A stretch of 64,000 nucleotides of DNA from NCBI GenBank assembly GCA_963843575.1, contig CAWJKZ010000014.1, forward strand, positions 800,001 to 864,000. Reading direction: 5' to 3'. The translations under genes and the position numbers were made by a program. Numbering within the stretch: the first letter of the stretch is position 1; each line of letters opens with the position of its first letter. Under the pieces are notes generated by a model. It made no database searches, was not told the DNA's origin, and saw only the letters and a program-made list of their open reading frames with translations. Below are positions 20,060-30,208 of the stretch, in pieces. Source of the stretch: an uncultured Acidobacteriota bacterium. Lineage in GTDB: Bacteria; Acidobacteriota; UBA6911.

Positions 20060-21958
20060 ATGAGACACGTCGTAGTCGGGACCGCCGGTCACATCGACCA
20101 CGGCAAGAGCGCCCTGGTGAAGGCGCTCACCGGGACCGATCCCGACAGGCTCAAGGAAGAGCAGTTGCGCGGCATCACCATCGATCTCGGGTTCGCGCAC
20201 CTGGATCTCGGCGACCTGCAGATCGGCTTTGTCGATGTTCCGGGCCATGAGAAGTTCGTCAAGAACATGCTGGCCGGGATCGGCGGGATCGATTTTGTGC
20301 TGCTCGTGGTGGCAGCCGACGAATCGATCATGCCCCAGACCCGGGAGCATTTCGACATCTGCCGCCTACTCGGGATCCCTGCCGGGGTCATCGCCTTGAC
20401 CAAGTGCGACGCCGTCGAAACGGAACTGGTTGAGCTCGTGCGCGAGGAGGTGCGAGACGCCGTCTCGGGCTCCTTTCTGGAATCGGCCCGCGTGGTGGCA
20501 GTCAGCTCAAAGACGGGAGAGGGCATCGACGCCCTCAAGGCTGCGCTGCACGATTGCGCGATGGGCCTCAAGCCGAGGCGCCCGGACCAGTTGCTGCGGT
20601 TGCCGGTCGACCGCGCCTTCAGCATCCACGGCTTCGGCACCGTAGTCACCGGCACGTTGACCTCCGGCGAGCTGCACAGGGAGCAGGAGGTCGAGCTGAT
20701 CCCCTCCGGCGCGACCGCGCGGGTTCGCGGGCTGCAGGTGCACGGGTCGACCACCGAACGAGCGGTGGCGGGCCAGCGCACGGCGGTGAACCTGCAGGGC
20801 ATCGACCTGTCGCAGGTTTCGCGCGGGATGGTCGTCACGGTTCCCCACCGTTTCCAGGCCACCAGTATCCTCGATGCGCACATCCATCTGCTCCCGTCGG
20901 CGCGTCCGTTGCGGAATCTCCTCAAGGTCCGTTTCCACCAAGGCACCGCCGAGGTGCTGGCGCGGGTCGCACTCCTCAACCAGGAGACCCTTGCCCCGGG
21001 GAAATCCGGATTTGCCCAGCTGCGGCTGGATTCCCCGGTCTTCTGCCTGCATGGGGACGCGTTCATCATCCGCCAGTTCTCCCCCACCGTCACCATTGGG
21101 GGGGGACGGGTCCTGAATCCGCACCCCGTCAAGCACAGGAGCACGGATCGGGATGTGGTCGCCGGCCTCGACGTGCTTGCCCGCGGAACGATGATGGAGA
21201 AGATCCCGGTTCTCCTCGCGTCCCTTCCCGGCCGGGCCGTAGACCTCGGCCAGCTGAACTCCATCCTCGGTCTGCCCGAACCCGAGCTCAAGCGCCTTTG
21301 CGGTGAGCTCGTCGCGTCAGGCACCCTCGTCATGGTCGCCGCACCCTCGCCCATCCTGCTCCTCCCGTCCGTTGTGTCGGCGCTCGAAAGCGAGACACTC
21401 GCCCTCGTCGCGGGCTTTCACGAGAGCAATCCCCTGCTGAAGGGGATCTCGCGGGAAGAGCTGCGCAAGAAAAGCTATGACGACCTTCCCGCGGAGGCCT
21501 TCCGGTACTGTCTCGAACGCCTGGTCGCCCGCCGCGCAATCGCCCTGCAGGAGGAACTCGTTTTGTTGCACGGCCGGGAGGTGCACCTGTCAACCGACGG
21601 CCAGCAGGTGCGGGAAAGGATCGAGTCCCTCTTCCGCAAGGCGGGGTATCAGCCTCCGCCGGTGTCGGAACTGGCGGCGGCAGTCGCCGCGCCCCTCGAA
21701 GAGGTCCGACGGATATACTTCTGGATGCTGAAGGAGAAAATCCTCGTAAAGATATCAGACGAATTGGCTTACCACAACGAGACGCTCGACGAGATCAGGA
21801 GCTCCATCCGCGGTCGTTTTGCGCCGGGTGACAAGTTCGGGGTGGCGGACTTCAAACAGATGTTTGACCTGACCCGCAAGCACGCGATCCCGCTGCTGGA
21901 GTTTTTCGACCGGGAGCGCTTCACGCGGCGGATGGGAAACGACCGGATCCTGCTCTGA
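20060..21958 (+). CDS. selB: Selenocysteine-specific translation elongation factor SelB
   Basis: [30 protein letters not shown]-terminal winged helix [15 protein letters not shown]. Confidence 0.96.
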   Translation: MRHVVVGTAGHIDHGKSALVKALTGTDPDRLKEEQLRGITIDLGFAHLDLGDLQIGFVDVPGHEKFVKNMLAGIGGIDFVLLVVAADESIMPQTREHFDICRLLGIPAGVIALTKCDAVETELVELVREEVRDAVSGSFLESARVVAVSSKTGEGIDALKAALHDCAMGLKPRRPDQLLRLPVDRAFSIHGFGTVVTGTLTSGELHREQEVELIPSGATARVRGLQVHGSTTERAVAGQRTAVNLQGIDLSQVSRGMVVTVPHRFQATSILDAHIHLLPSARPLRNLLKVRFHQGTAEVLARVALLNQETLAPGKSGFAQLRLDSPVFCLHGDAFIIRQFSPTVTIGGGRVLNPHPVKHRSTDRDVVAGLDVLARGTMMEKIPVLLASLPGRAVDLGQLNSILGLPEPELKRLCGELVASGTLVMVAAPSPILLLPSVVSALESETLALVAGFHESNPLLKGISREELRKKSYDDLPAEAFRYCLERLVARRAIALQEELVLLHGREVHLSTDGQQVRERIESLFRKAGYQPPPVSELAAAVAAPLEEVRRIYFWMLKEKILVKISDELAYHNETLDEIRSSIRGRFAPGDKFGVADFKQMFDLTRKHAIPLLEFFDRERFTRRMGNDRILL

Positions 21959-21994
21959 CCGTCCCCCGCAGCACGGGGGGCGCCGAAGCGGTGA

Positions 21995-22023
21995 TTGACT
22001 TCCCAGGGGGCCTCAAGTACCCT
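21995..22023 (+). promoter_or_regulatory. Putative sigma-70 promoter for tatA
   Basis: TTGACT-17 nt-TACCCT, following a GC hairpin at ~21962-21981 after the selB stop. Confidence 0.3.
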
Positions 22024-22059
22024 TTGGTCGGGCCCAATGCCAAATCAGTGGAGGTACTT

Positions 22060-22233
22060 ATGTTCGGCTCTCTAGGGATGCCTGAGCTGTTGGTCATCCT
22101 CGTAATCGTGATATTTATCTTCGGCGTCAACAAGATTCCGCAGCTGGGGAAAGGGCTCGGCGAAGGTATCCGTAACTTTAAGTCCTCTCTCAAAGCCGGC
22201 CAGGAAGAATCGGAGAAGTCCGAGAAGCACTGA
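22060..22233 (+). CDS. tatA: Twin-arginine translocase subunit TatA/E
   Basis: [41 protein letters not shown]; GGAGG RBS. Confidence 0.95.
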   Translation: MFGSLGMPELLVILVIVIFIFGVNKIPQLGKGLGEGIRNFKSSLKAGQEESEKSEKH

Positions 22234-22246
22234 GGCTCGCGGAGCA

Positions 22247-23791
22247 TTACCGTCTTGGATCCGCCGAGCCGTCTGGCTCCGCACCACATGTGACACGGGT
22301 GCGGTTGAGCACCCGGACCCCACACCGCCAATCCTCATTGACCGAAATCTTCCAAACGTCAAGCGAAGGATCCAGGTAGCCGAGGATTTTTTCCGTCGAG
22401 TCGTGAAACGAGAACACGGGCGAGACGAGGTAGATCCTCGGCCGGCGCCTGTTCAGGGTAGTTTCGGCAAAATACCCGCGGCGCTCGAAGTCGCCGCGGT
22501 TGTTGTGCTGTACCACCCGCCCCCAGTAATCCAGCGCCTGGACAGGCAGCCCGGGATCCATGGAGACTTTCAATTCCATGACCACGAGGGTTCCCTGCCG
22601 GTCAACCCCGAGGATATCGACGCGGCCGGGGTCCGACCCGAGGTACACCGGTATCTGCGAATAGACTGCCTCCGGGGCCATCTCAGGGAACAACCTTGCC
22701 GCATCGTCCAGGATGAGGGACTCGAGCCAGCGCTCGGCCTGCATCCGGTAGTACGGATGGCTGGTTGAGGGGCTGTCGGCGCGGCGAAAGTAGAGGATCT
22801 CCCCCACCAACGCACGCAACGACTCGAAGTTGTCGTCGGTCAGTTCCGTTTTCTGCCCACCCACGCCGAACATGATGCGGCTCCTGTCCTCGCCGACGGC
22901 ACGAGCGAACTCCAGGCCCGAGAGCCGCAGCGAGTCGTAGTCCTGAAATCGCGGGTAGCGTCGTATGCATTCGGGCGCGAGTTCGAGAACCCTTGCGAGC
23001 AGCGCGCTCCAGCGGAAGGGCCCAAGCACCGGCCAGCGGAAATCCCGGTTTTCCACCGGCGGTCCGGGAGCGTGGGCCCGTCGCACCTCGACTCCTTCCC
23101 CGCAGGGGGAGAGTTCCCAGAGCGAGGCACGCACCTTCGCGCGGTCAGTGTGCCGGGCGCAGTGGTAGACGACCCCCGACAGCGGCGGAGGAACCAATAG
23201 CAGAACCCGCGCCACCCTGCCGTGGGAACTTCGGCGGGCGAGTTGCTCCAGGCTGAGCAGCGCCTGGGTGACGACGGCGTGAGGTTCCGGAAGCGCCGTG
23301 GCCGGGTCGGCGGCCAGCAGCAGAAACTCGCGTTCGCGCCAACTGAAGACGACCCGGAGAAAGACGCCCGAGATGCTGTGCGCCAGGTCCCGCACCTTCG
23401 CAACCTTGCGGAGGCGTGCCGCGGGGAAACGCTCCGCCAGCCAGCGGCGCACCGGCAGCCACAGAGAACGAATGCCGTCGGGGGGGGCCGCGCGCGAGGC
23501 TTCCCCGATCACCGCCAGGTGGTGCGCCGGGGCGCACGTCTCGTTCCGGGCGAGGATCTCCATCCCCCCGGTGACGGAACGCACCGAGGTGGCCCGCACG
23601 TCAATCCGGCGGCCGGCTGCCTCCACAGATACCGTCACGGCCTCCCCGGAGCAGCGCCACCGGATACGTACCTCGGACAGGTCCCCCAGCCGCTGGCCGT
23701 CCCAGAACACCACGGCATCCGCCGGAGCCGAGTCGAGGAACGACAGAAGTGTTCGGCACTTGCGCAGATGAGTTGTACCGAGCGATCGCAT
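22247..23791 (-). CDS. Hypothetical protein with C-terminal PD-(D/E)XK (NucS/EndoMS-like) nuclease domain
   Basis: ERWLESLI...QIPV...GRVDILGVDRQGTLVVMELK...QALDY motif set. Confidence 0.7.
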   Translation of the reverse strand: MRSLGTTHLRKCRTLLSFLDSAPADAVVFWDGQRLGDLSEVRIRWRCSGEAVTVSVEAAGRRIDVRATSVRSVTGGMEILARNETCAPAHHLAVIGEASRAAPPDGIRSLWLPVRRWLAERFPAARLRKVAKVRDLAHSISGVFLRVVFSWREREFLLLAADPATALPEPHAVVTQALLSLEQLARRSSHGRVARVLLLVPPPLSGVVYHCARHTDRAKVRASLWELSPCGEGVEVRRAHAPGPPVENRDFRWPVLGPFRWSALLARVLELAPECIRRYPRFQDYDSLRLSGLEFARAVGEDRSRIMFGVGGQKTELTDDNFESLRALVGEILYFRRADSPSTSHPYYRMQAERWLESLILDDAARLFPEMAPEAVYSQIPVYLGSDPGRVDILGVDRQGTLVVMELKVSMDPGLPVQALDYWGRVVQHNNRGDFERRGYFAETTLNRRRPRIYLVSPVFSFHDSTEKILGYLDPSLDVWKISVNEDWRCGVRVLNRTRVTCGAEPDGSADPRR

Positions 23792-23871
23792 CGTCGCAGT
23801 CCTGATACTCTCCCCCGGAAAGTTTCGGCTGCTTACGATTTATGTCCGGAATTGTGCTAGTGTAACCTCCC

Positions 23872-24639
23872 ATGACAACCGAGCTCGCGACCCTGGAAGA
23901 CGACGATGGCGTGGTCAGGCTCAAACTGCACAGGCCGCCCCTTAATTTCCTGAACCTTGAACTCCTGAGACAGATTGAGCGCCACCTGGACGCGCTGGGC
24001 GAACCGTCCGGCCGTCGTGCGCTGGTCCTCGAATCCGGAGGGGCGGCGTTCTGCGCCGGTCTCGAAGTACAGGAACAGACCCGCGACGGCATTTTTCTGC
24101 TGATCGAGCAGTTTCACAAGCTGGCGACGGCCCTCTGCTCCTACCCCGTGCCAACCATCGCGGTCGTGCGCGGGATGGCGCTCGGGGCCGGTAACGAACT
24201 GGCGGCGTGCTGCGATTTTGTGCTGGCGTCCGAATCGGCGTCTTTCGGGCAACCCGAGATCAAGATGGGTTCGCTCCCGTCGCTCGCGCCGCTGTTGCTG
24301 CCTCCCCTGGTCGGCCAGAGACGCGCCGCCGAAATGCTTTTGACCGGGCGGCTCGTTGGCGCCAGAGAAGCTCAGGCGATCGGGCTGATTCACAGGGCGG
24401 TGCCGGAGGAACAGCTGCCGGCGGCGCTCGGAGAACTTCTGCGCAGCCTGCGGGAGTTGTCGCTGCCGGTGCTGGAACTCGGGGTCCAAGCCGTGCGGCG
24501 GGTCAGGCTGGCCGATATGCAGGAGCACGTGCGTGCAGCCGAGGCCATGTATTTCAACCAGCTGATGGAGTTGGACGACCGGATGGAGGGGGTCCGCGCC
24601 TTCGTCGAGCGGCGTGCCCCAAATTGGGCGAACCACTGA
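23872..24639 (+). CDS. Enoyl-CoA hydratase/isomerase family protein
   Basis: RPPLNFL, FCAGLEV, ALGAGNELAACCD, FGQPEIKMG, EGVRAFVERRAP. Confidence 0.9.
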   Translation: MTTELATLEDDDGVVRLKLHRPPLNFLNLELLRQIERHLDALGEPSGRRALVLESGGAAFCAGLEVQEQTRDGIFLLIEQFHKLATALCSYPVPTIAVVRGMALGAGNELAACCDFVLASESASFGQPEIKMGSLPSLAPLLLPPLVGQRRAAEMLLTGRLVGAREAQAIGLIHRAVPEEQLPAALGELLRSLRELSLPVLELGVQAVRRVRLADMQEHVRAAEAMYFNQLMELDDRMEGVRAFVERRAPNWANH

Positions 24640-24663
24640 GAGGCGGGTGCCGCGAACCCGTCG

Positions 24664-24972
24664 TCACGCCCCCGAGAGCCACTTCAGATAGTCGGGATCG
24701 CCGTCGGCGATAGCGACGCACACAATCTCCGGAACCTCATAGGTGTGGAGTTCCCGGACCCTGCGTCTCAGCGCCTCGAATTTCTCCGCAACCGATTTGA
24801 TGATCAGGAGCCACTCCCCCTCTTCGCAGACCTTTCCCTGCCATCGGTAAACGGAGCGCACGCCGGGGACGATCTGGACGCAGGCCGCCGCGCCGGACTC
24901 GACCAGACCGCGGGCGATCCGGTCGGCGACCTCGCGCGAATCCGTCGTGGTGAATACGATAATTCCTTCCAT
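24664..24972 (-). CDS. cutA: Divalent-cation tolerance protein CutA
   Basis: AACVQI, SVYRWQGKV, HTYEVPEI, YLKWL. Confidence 0.93.
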   Translation of the reverse strand: MEGIIVFTTTDSREVADRIARGLVESGAAACVQIVPGVRSVYRWQGKVCEEGEWLLIIKSVAEKFEALRRRVRELHTYEVPEIVCVAIADGDPDYLKWLSGA

Positions 24973-25070
24973 TACGAAATTGCTCCCGGAAAATCCGTTG
25001 CATTCGCCTCGGACAGATCAGTATCATGCGTCCTGGCTGATCCGCTCAACGCCGACGCCCCTGGAATACG

Positions 25071-25382
25071 ATGACGCAGCGCAGAAGTAAAGTCTCACAC
25101 GCCCGGGAAATCTACTACATCGTCTTCATCCTTGCGGTGGTCATCTTCGGGCTGTTCACCATCTGGGGACCGGGAGGATACCTCGAGATGAGGAGAAACC
25201 AGGTGGAGCTCGAATCCCATCGGGTGCGCATCGAGGCTTTGCGGCAACGGATCGACGAGCGGGCGAAAGCGGTGCAGAATCTGAAGTCCGACAGGCGGAC
25301 CATCGAGGAGTTGGCCCGCAAGCAGCATTACGCGCGTCCGGGCGAGATCATCGTGCGGACCGCGCCTCAGCCCACCAAGTGA
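25071..25382 (+). CDS. ftsB: Septum formation initiator (FtsB/DivIC family)
   Basis: Single TM, coiled coil, [17 protein letters not shown]. Confidence 0.8.
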   Translation: MTQRRSKVSHAREIYYIVFILAVVIFGLFTIWGPGGYLEMRRNQVELESHRVRIEALRQRIDERAKAVQNLKSDRRTIEELARKQHYARPGEIIVRTAPQPTK

Positions 25383-25393
25383 GGGGCGCCCGC

Positions 25394-26672
25394 TCAGGGC
25401 CTCCCCGACACGACCCGGCCTTTGACAATGGTAAAGGCGGGCCCGCCTTTCAGCTTCCATCCCTCGAATGGCGTGTTGCGGCTGCGCGACGCGAATTCCT
25501 GCGCGCGCACCTCCACGCTGAGTTCGGGGTCCATGACCGTGACGTCGGCCCAGGCACCCGGGGCCAGCGTGCCGCGTTCGAGCTTCAGGATGCGCGCTGG
25601 GGCGCACGACAGGAGTTGGACCATCCGTTCGAGGGGCAGGATGCCGGTGCGCACGAACCGGTCCAGGATCAGGCTGACGGCGGTCTCCAGCCCGATCACG
25701 CCGAAAGGCGCCCGGTCGTACTCGAGCATCTTGTCGTTGGCGTTGTGCGGCGCGTGGTCGGTCGCGATCGCGTCGATCGTCCCGGAGACCATGCCCTGCA
25801 CGAGGGCATCGACGTCCTCGCTGGGTGCGCAGGGGCGGGTTCATCTTTGTATTGGTGTTGTAGGAGGCGACCTGGGCTTCTGTCAGGAGCAGATGGTGCG
25901 GTGTCACCTCGCAGGTGATCGCTATCTTCTCTTTCTTGGCGCGGCGGACCGCGTCGAGGGCCTCGCGGGTCGAGATGTGCGCGATGTGGACCCGCGCGCG
26001 GGTCTGCCGGGCCAGGATGATATCCCGGATGACCTGGATTTCCTCGGCCGCAGAGTTGATGCCGCGCAGGCCGAGCATGGTCGAGTAGTACCCCTCGTTC
26101 ATGCAACCGCCGGCGGCTAGGTCCCTGTCCTCGCAGTGATCGATGACGGGGAGATCGAAGAGGCGCGAATACTCCATGGCCCGGCGCATCGTCTGGCTGT
26201 TTTGCACGGGCTTTCCGTCGTCACTGATCCCCACGATGCCTGCCCGGTGCATCTCGCCTATCTCGGCGAGAGTTTCGCCCTGGCTCGCCTTGGTGATGGC
26301 CCCGATGGGGTACACGGCGACCTTGGCGACCTCGCGGGCGCGCTCAAGGATGAAGGAAGTGACGGCCTCGGAGTCGTTGACCGGCTGGGTGTTGGGCATG
26401 CAGGCGACGGCCGTGAACCCGCCCCGGGCCGCTGCGTTGGCGCCCGACTCGATCGTCTCGGCGTCTTCGCGGCCGGGCTCGCGCAGGTGCACGTGCATGT
26501 CGATGAAGCCGGGAGCGACGATGAGACCGCGCGCGTCGATTTCGCGACGCCCCTTTTTACGGATGCGGGGGGCCACTTCGACGATCCGCCCGTCCTCGAT
26601 GCCGAGATCGGCGACCTTGTTCAGTTTCCGGGAGGGGTCGACCACCCTCCCCTGCCGCAGGATCAGGTGCAT
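25394..26672 (-). CDS. pyrC: Dihydroorotase (frameshift near 25825)
   Basis: [39 protein letters not shown]; ATDHAPH in downstream frame 25394..25801. Confidence 0.93.
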
Positions 26673-26676
26673 AGGG

Positions 26677-27627
26677 CTACCGAGAATGTCGTTTGGGCTT
26701 CAGTCCGGCGTTGCCGGACAGGAGATACAGGACTGCCATCCTGGTCGCGATGCCGTTGGCCACCTGGTTCAGGATCACCGAGGAAGGGCCGTCGGCGACA
26801 TCCGAGTCAATTTCCACTCCGCGGTTCATGGGCCCGGGGTGCATCACCATGGTATCCTTTTTGGCCATGCGCAACCTCTCGCGGGTCAGGCCATAGAAGT
26901 TGTAGTACTCGCGGGTGGAGGGAAAGAAGGCCTCGGTCTGCCGCTCGTGCTGCACCCGAAGCATCATGACAACGTCCGCCCCCTCGAGCGCCTCTTCGAG
27001 TCGTCCGGTGATGCGCGCGCCGAGCTTGTCGAAATCCCACGGGATAAGCGTCGGCGGGCCGCAGACCCAGACGTCGGCACCCATTTTGTGGAACAGGATG
27101 GTGTCGGAGCGCGCCACGCGGCTGTGAGCGATATCCCCGATCAGGGCGATCTTCAGCCCGTCGAGGCGGCCCTTGGTTTCCCGGATCGTCAGCGCGTCGA
27201 GCAGCGCCTGGGTGGGGTGCTCATGCATACCGTCGCCCGCGTTGACGATGGAGGAACGGCACTCGCGTCCCAGCATGTGCGGAGCGCCGGCCGAGGCGTG
27301 CCGCACGACGATGATGTCCGGCGCCATCGATTCCAGGTTCCACGCCGTATCCAGCAGCGTCTCACCCTTGGACACGCTACTGGTGGAGGCTGCAAAATTG
27401 AGGATGTCGGCGCTGAGGCGCTTCTCCGCGAGTTCGAAGGACGAACGGGTGCGCGTGGAGGGCTCGAAAAACAGGTTGATCACGGTCTTGCCGCGCAGCG
27501 CCGGCACTTTTTTCACCGGCCGGTCGGCCACCTGGCGCAGGGCGTCGGCGGTGTCCAGAATGAGCTGGATCTCCTCGATCGAGAGTTGAGCGATGCCGAG
27601 CAGATCTTTTGAACTGAGTGAGGTCAT
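26677..27627 (-). CDS. pyrB: Aspartate carbamoyltransferase catalytic subunit
   Basis: [42 protein letters not shown]. Confidence 0.97.
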   Translation of the reverse strand: MTSLSSKDLLGIAQLSIEEIQLILDTADALRQVADRPVKKVPALRGKTVINLFFEPSTRTRSSFELAEKRLSADILNFAASTSSVSKGETLLDTAWNLESMAPDIIVVRHASAGAPHMLGRECRSSIVNAGDGMHEHPTQALLDALTIRETKGRLDGLKIALIGDIAHSRVARSDTILFHKMGADVWVCGPPTLIPWDFDKLGARITGRLEEALEGADVVMMLRVQHERQTEAFFPSTREYYNFYGLTRERLRMAKKDTMVMHPGPMNRGVEIDSDVADGPSSVILNQVANGIATRMAVLYLLSGNAGLKPKRHSR

Positions 27628-27691
27628 GGGAGTTGCCAGCAGGCGGTCCAGGGATCCGAAGGGCAGACCTTCTCAATCCCCGAACGGATTC

Positions 27692-28240
27692 CTAGGGCTT
27701 CCTGACAAGGATGACGCGTTCCTCGCCGTCCTCTTCGTTCATCCGGACTTCGACGATCTCGTCGTCGCCGGTCTGGACGTATTTCCCGATATAGTCCGCC
27801 TGGATCGGGAGTTCACGGTGGCCGCGGTCGATCAGCACCGCCAGCTGCACTCGCCGGGGCCGGCCCAGGTCGACGAGGCCGTCCAGGGCAGCCCGCACCG
27901 TGCGTCCCGTATACAGGACGTCGTCGACCAGCACCAGGGAGACATTATTGACGTCGAAGTTTATGGACGTTTCCCGCAGCATCGGCCGGTTGCTGACGGT
28001 CGTCAGATCGTCCCGATAGAGCGTTATGTCGAGGATGCCGCTCAGGGGCGGCCGGCCGAGGATCCCTTCGATCCTGGTGCAGAGCCGCTGCGCCAGGTGG
28101 ACTCCGCGGCGGCGTATTCCGATGATCGCGAAATCCTCGGCCGGGCCGAGGTTTTCGACGATTTGGGCGGCGATCCTGGCCAGCGCGAGATCCATCTCGG
28201 CGGAAGTCATCAGGACCTTGCCCTCAGTCTTTTTTTTCAT
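27692..28240 (-). CDS. pyrR: Bifunctional pyr regulator / uracil phosphoribosyltransferase PyrR
   Basis: LDITLYRDDL, LVDDVLYTGRTVRAAL, DRGHRELPIQADYIGK. Confidence 0.95.
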   Translation of the reverse strand: MKKKTEGKVLMTSAEMDLALARIAAQIVENLGPAEDFAIIGIRRRGVHLAQRLCTRIEGILGRPPLSGILDITLYRDDLTTVSNRPMLRETSINFDVNNVSLVLVDDVLYTGRTVRAALDGLVDLGRPRRVQLAVLIDRGHRELPIQADYIGKYVQTGDDEIVEVRMNEEDGEERVILVRKP

Positions 28241-28286
28241 CGGATTATCTGCGCGTGCCGGGGTCGAGACTGCCCAAAACCGGGCG

Positions 28287-28337
28287 ATCATAGCACACGC
28301 AAAATTGCGTTGCAAACGCCGAGTTACTTTCTATACT
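28287..28337. promoter_or_regulatory. Putative bidirectional promoter between pyrR and pyrK
   Basis: Palindromic TTGCAA (28310-28315) lies 17 nt from TATGAT on the minus strand and 16 nt from TATACT on the plus strand. Confidence 0.5.
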
Positions 28338-28347
28338 GGGTTTTGAA

Positions 28348-29187
28348 ATGCTCGATAAAAAGGTCAAAGTCAAGGAGATAAGGGACCTTGGCGCTTCCAA
28401 CTACCTTCTCGTCCTGAGTTCCCCGGAACAGGCGCGCCTGGCTCAGCCGGGCCAATTTGTCATGCTCAAGTGCTCCGGGGAGGTTGACGACAACCCCCTG
28501 TTGCGCAGACCCTTCAGCATATTCGACATCCACCCCCACCCGCGCACCGGGCGCCCCAGCGGGCTGGATCTGCTGGTCAAGAGCGTCGGCGCGGGGACCC
28601 GCAGGCTGGCCGCGCTGAGTCCGGGGGATATGATCCACGTCTTGGGTCCGCAGGGACGTCCGTTCCGCGTCTCCTCCGAGACACGCGACCGGGTCCGCAC
28701 CGCCGCCCTGGTCGCCGGCGGGGTCGGGATAGCCGCGTTGTACCTTCTGGCCCGGAGCCTGATGGCCCGGAAGATCGTGCCGGTCCTCTTTTATGGGGGC
28801 CGGGGCGAAGGCGACCTGGTACTGCGGGAGCACTTCGAGCGCCTGGGGATCGATTGCGTCTACACGACCGAGGACGGGTCGTGCGGCGAGCGAGGTTTCG
28901 TGACGGAGCCGCTGGAGCGCTTCATGAAGGGGCGCCCGCGGAGCGAGGTGCACTTGTATGCATGCGGCCCGTGGGGCATGATGCGTGCCGTGCACGAACT
29001 GGCCGTGCGGTATCACTCCCCGTGCGAGGTGAGTCTCGAAGCCCGGATGGGTTGTTCCCTGGGGGCCTGCATGGGTTGCGTGATCCGAGCGTGGGACGAG
29101 CAGGGAGAGGAGCAGTACCTGCGCGTCTGCACCGAGGGCCCGGTCATGAGCAGCCGCGCCGTCGACTGGGAAACGTATCCGTTCTGA
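28348..29187 (+). CDS. pyrK: Dihydroorotate dehydrogenase electron transfer subunit
   Basis: PGQFVM, LLRRPFSI, AGGVGIA, YACGP, [2Fe-2S] motif MGCSLGACMGC...VCTEGPV. Confidence 0.93.
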   Translation: MLDKKVKVKEIRDLGASNYLLVLSSPEQARLAQPGQFVMLKCSGEVDDNPLLRRPFSIFDIHPHPRTGRPSGLDLLVKSVGAGTRRLAALSPGDMIHVLGPQGRPFRVSSETRDRVRTAALVAGGVGIAALYLLARSLMARKIVPVLFYGGRGEGDLVLREHFERLGIDCVYTTEDGSCGERGFVTEPLERFMKGRPRSEVHLYACGPWGMMRAVHELAVRYHSPCEVSLEARMGCSLGACMGCVIRAWDEQGEEQYLRVCTEGPVMSSRAVDWETYPF

Positions 29188-29257
29188 CCGAACCGTGACC
29201 GTCGTGGCGGGTCTGGCCTGGAAAGCCGCCCCGCGCACTTGGGGAGGACATTAGACC

Positions 29258-30208
29258 GTGGGCAGCAAGTCAGGGACAGGGACCGCGGCGGCGGCCCCCC
29301 GCATGTCGGTCGAAGTCGGCGGCGTTCGTCTCAAGAATCCCGTCATGACCGCCAGCGGAACGTTCGCCTACGGCGTGGAGTTCGCCCATCTCATGGACTT
29401 GAACTCCATCGGCGGCATCGTCGTGAAGGGGATCTCGATGCGGCCGATCAAGGGGAACCCGCCCCCACGCATCTACGAGACCGCGTCGGGCATGCTCAAC
29501 GCCATCGGGTGGCAGAATATCGGGGCCGTGGAGTTCGTGACCCGCAAGCTCCCGGCCCTGAAGGCGTATGACACCAAGGTTATCGTCAACATCGTCGGTT
29601 TCGAGTTGAACGAGTACCTCGAGGTCACCCGGTTCCTCAACGACTGCCCCGGGATCGCCGCGCTCGAGCTCAACATCTCGTGCCCCAACGTGGCAAAAGG
29701 GGGCTTTCACTTCAACAAAGACCCGCGCGACGCCCACGAGATCACCGCGAAGACGAAGGCCGCCTCGCCGCGCCTGCCCCTGTGGGTCAAGCTCTCCCCC
29801 AACGTAACCGACATACGGGACTTCGCCAAGGCTTGCGAGGAGGCTGGAGCCGACGCCCTGTCGGTCGTCAACACATTCGTCGGAATGGCCATCGACGTCG
29901 AGACGAGGCGACCTCGTTTGCGTTATGTGACGGGAGGGCTCTCCGGGCCTGCCATCAAGCCCGTCGCGCTGCGCATGGTGTGGGAGACCTGCAGGGCAGT
30001 GCGGATACCGGTCATCGGGATCGGAGGAATCACAACATCAGAAGACGCCCTCGAGTTCCTGATCGCCGGCGCCCGCGCGATCCAGGTCGGCACCGCGAAT
30101 TTCTATAACCCGGCCGCCTCCGAGCAGATCGCGCTCGGGTTGCGTGAGCACTGCAGGGCGCACGGGGTCGAAGACGTCAACGAGATCATCGGGAGCCTCA
30201 AAGTATGA
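29258..30208 (+). CDS. pyrD: Dihydroorotate dehydrogenase (class 1B) catalytic subunit
   Basis: KNPVMTASGT, MLNAIGWQN, ELNISCPN, VKLSPN, GGLSGPAIKP. Confidence 0.95.
   Translation: MGSKSGTGTAAAAPRMSVEVGGVRLKNPVMTASGTFAYGVEFAHLMDLNSIGGIVVKGISMRPIKGNPPPRIYETASGMLNAIGWQNIGAVEFVTRKLPALKAYDTKVIVNIVGFELNEYLEVTRFLNDCPGIAALELNISCPNVAKGGFHFNKDPRDAHEITAKTKAASPRLPLWVKLSPNVTDIRDFAKACEEAGADALSVVNTFVGMAIDVETRRPRLRYVTGGLSGPAIKPVALRMVWETCRAVRIPVIGIGGITTSEDALEFLIAGARAIQVGTANFYNPAASEQIALGLREHCRAHGVEDVNEIIGSLKV

Noticed and set aside
20060-21958. Selenoproteins or selC tRNA near selB
   Set aside because: By eye I found no in-frame TGA at a Cys-equivalent position and no tRNA-Sec cloverleaf; the gene breaks I traced are frame changes, not UGA stops. 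A bSECISearch/tRNAscan run would be needed to exclude this fully.
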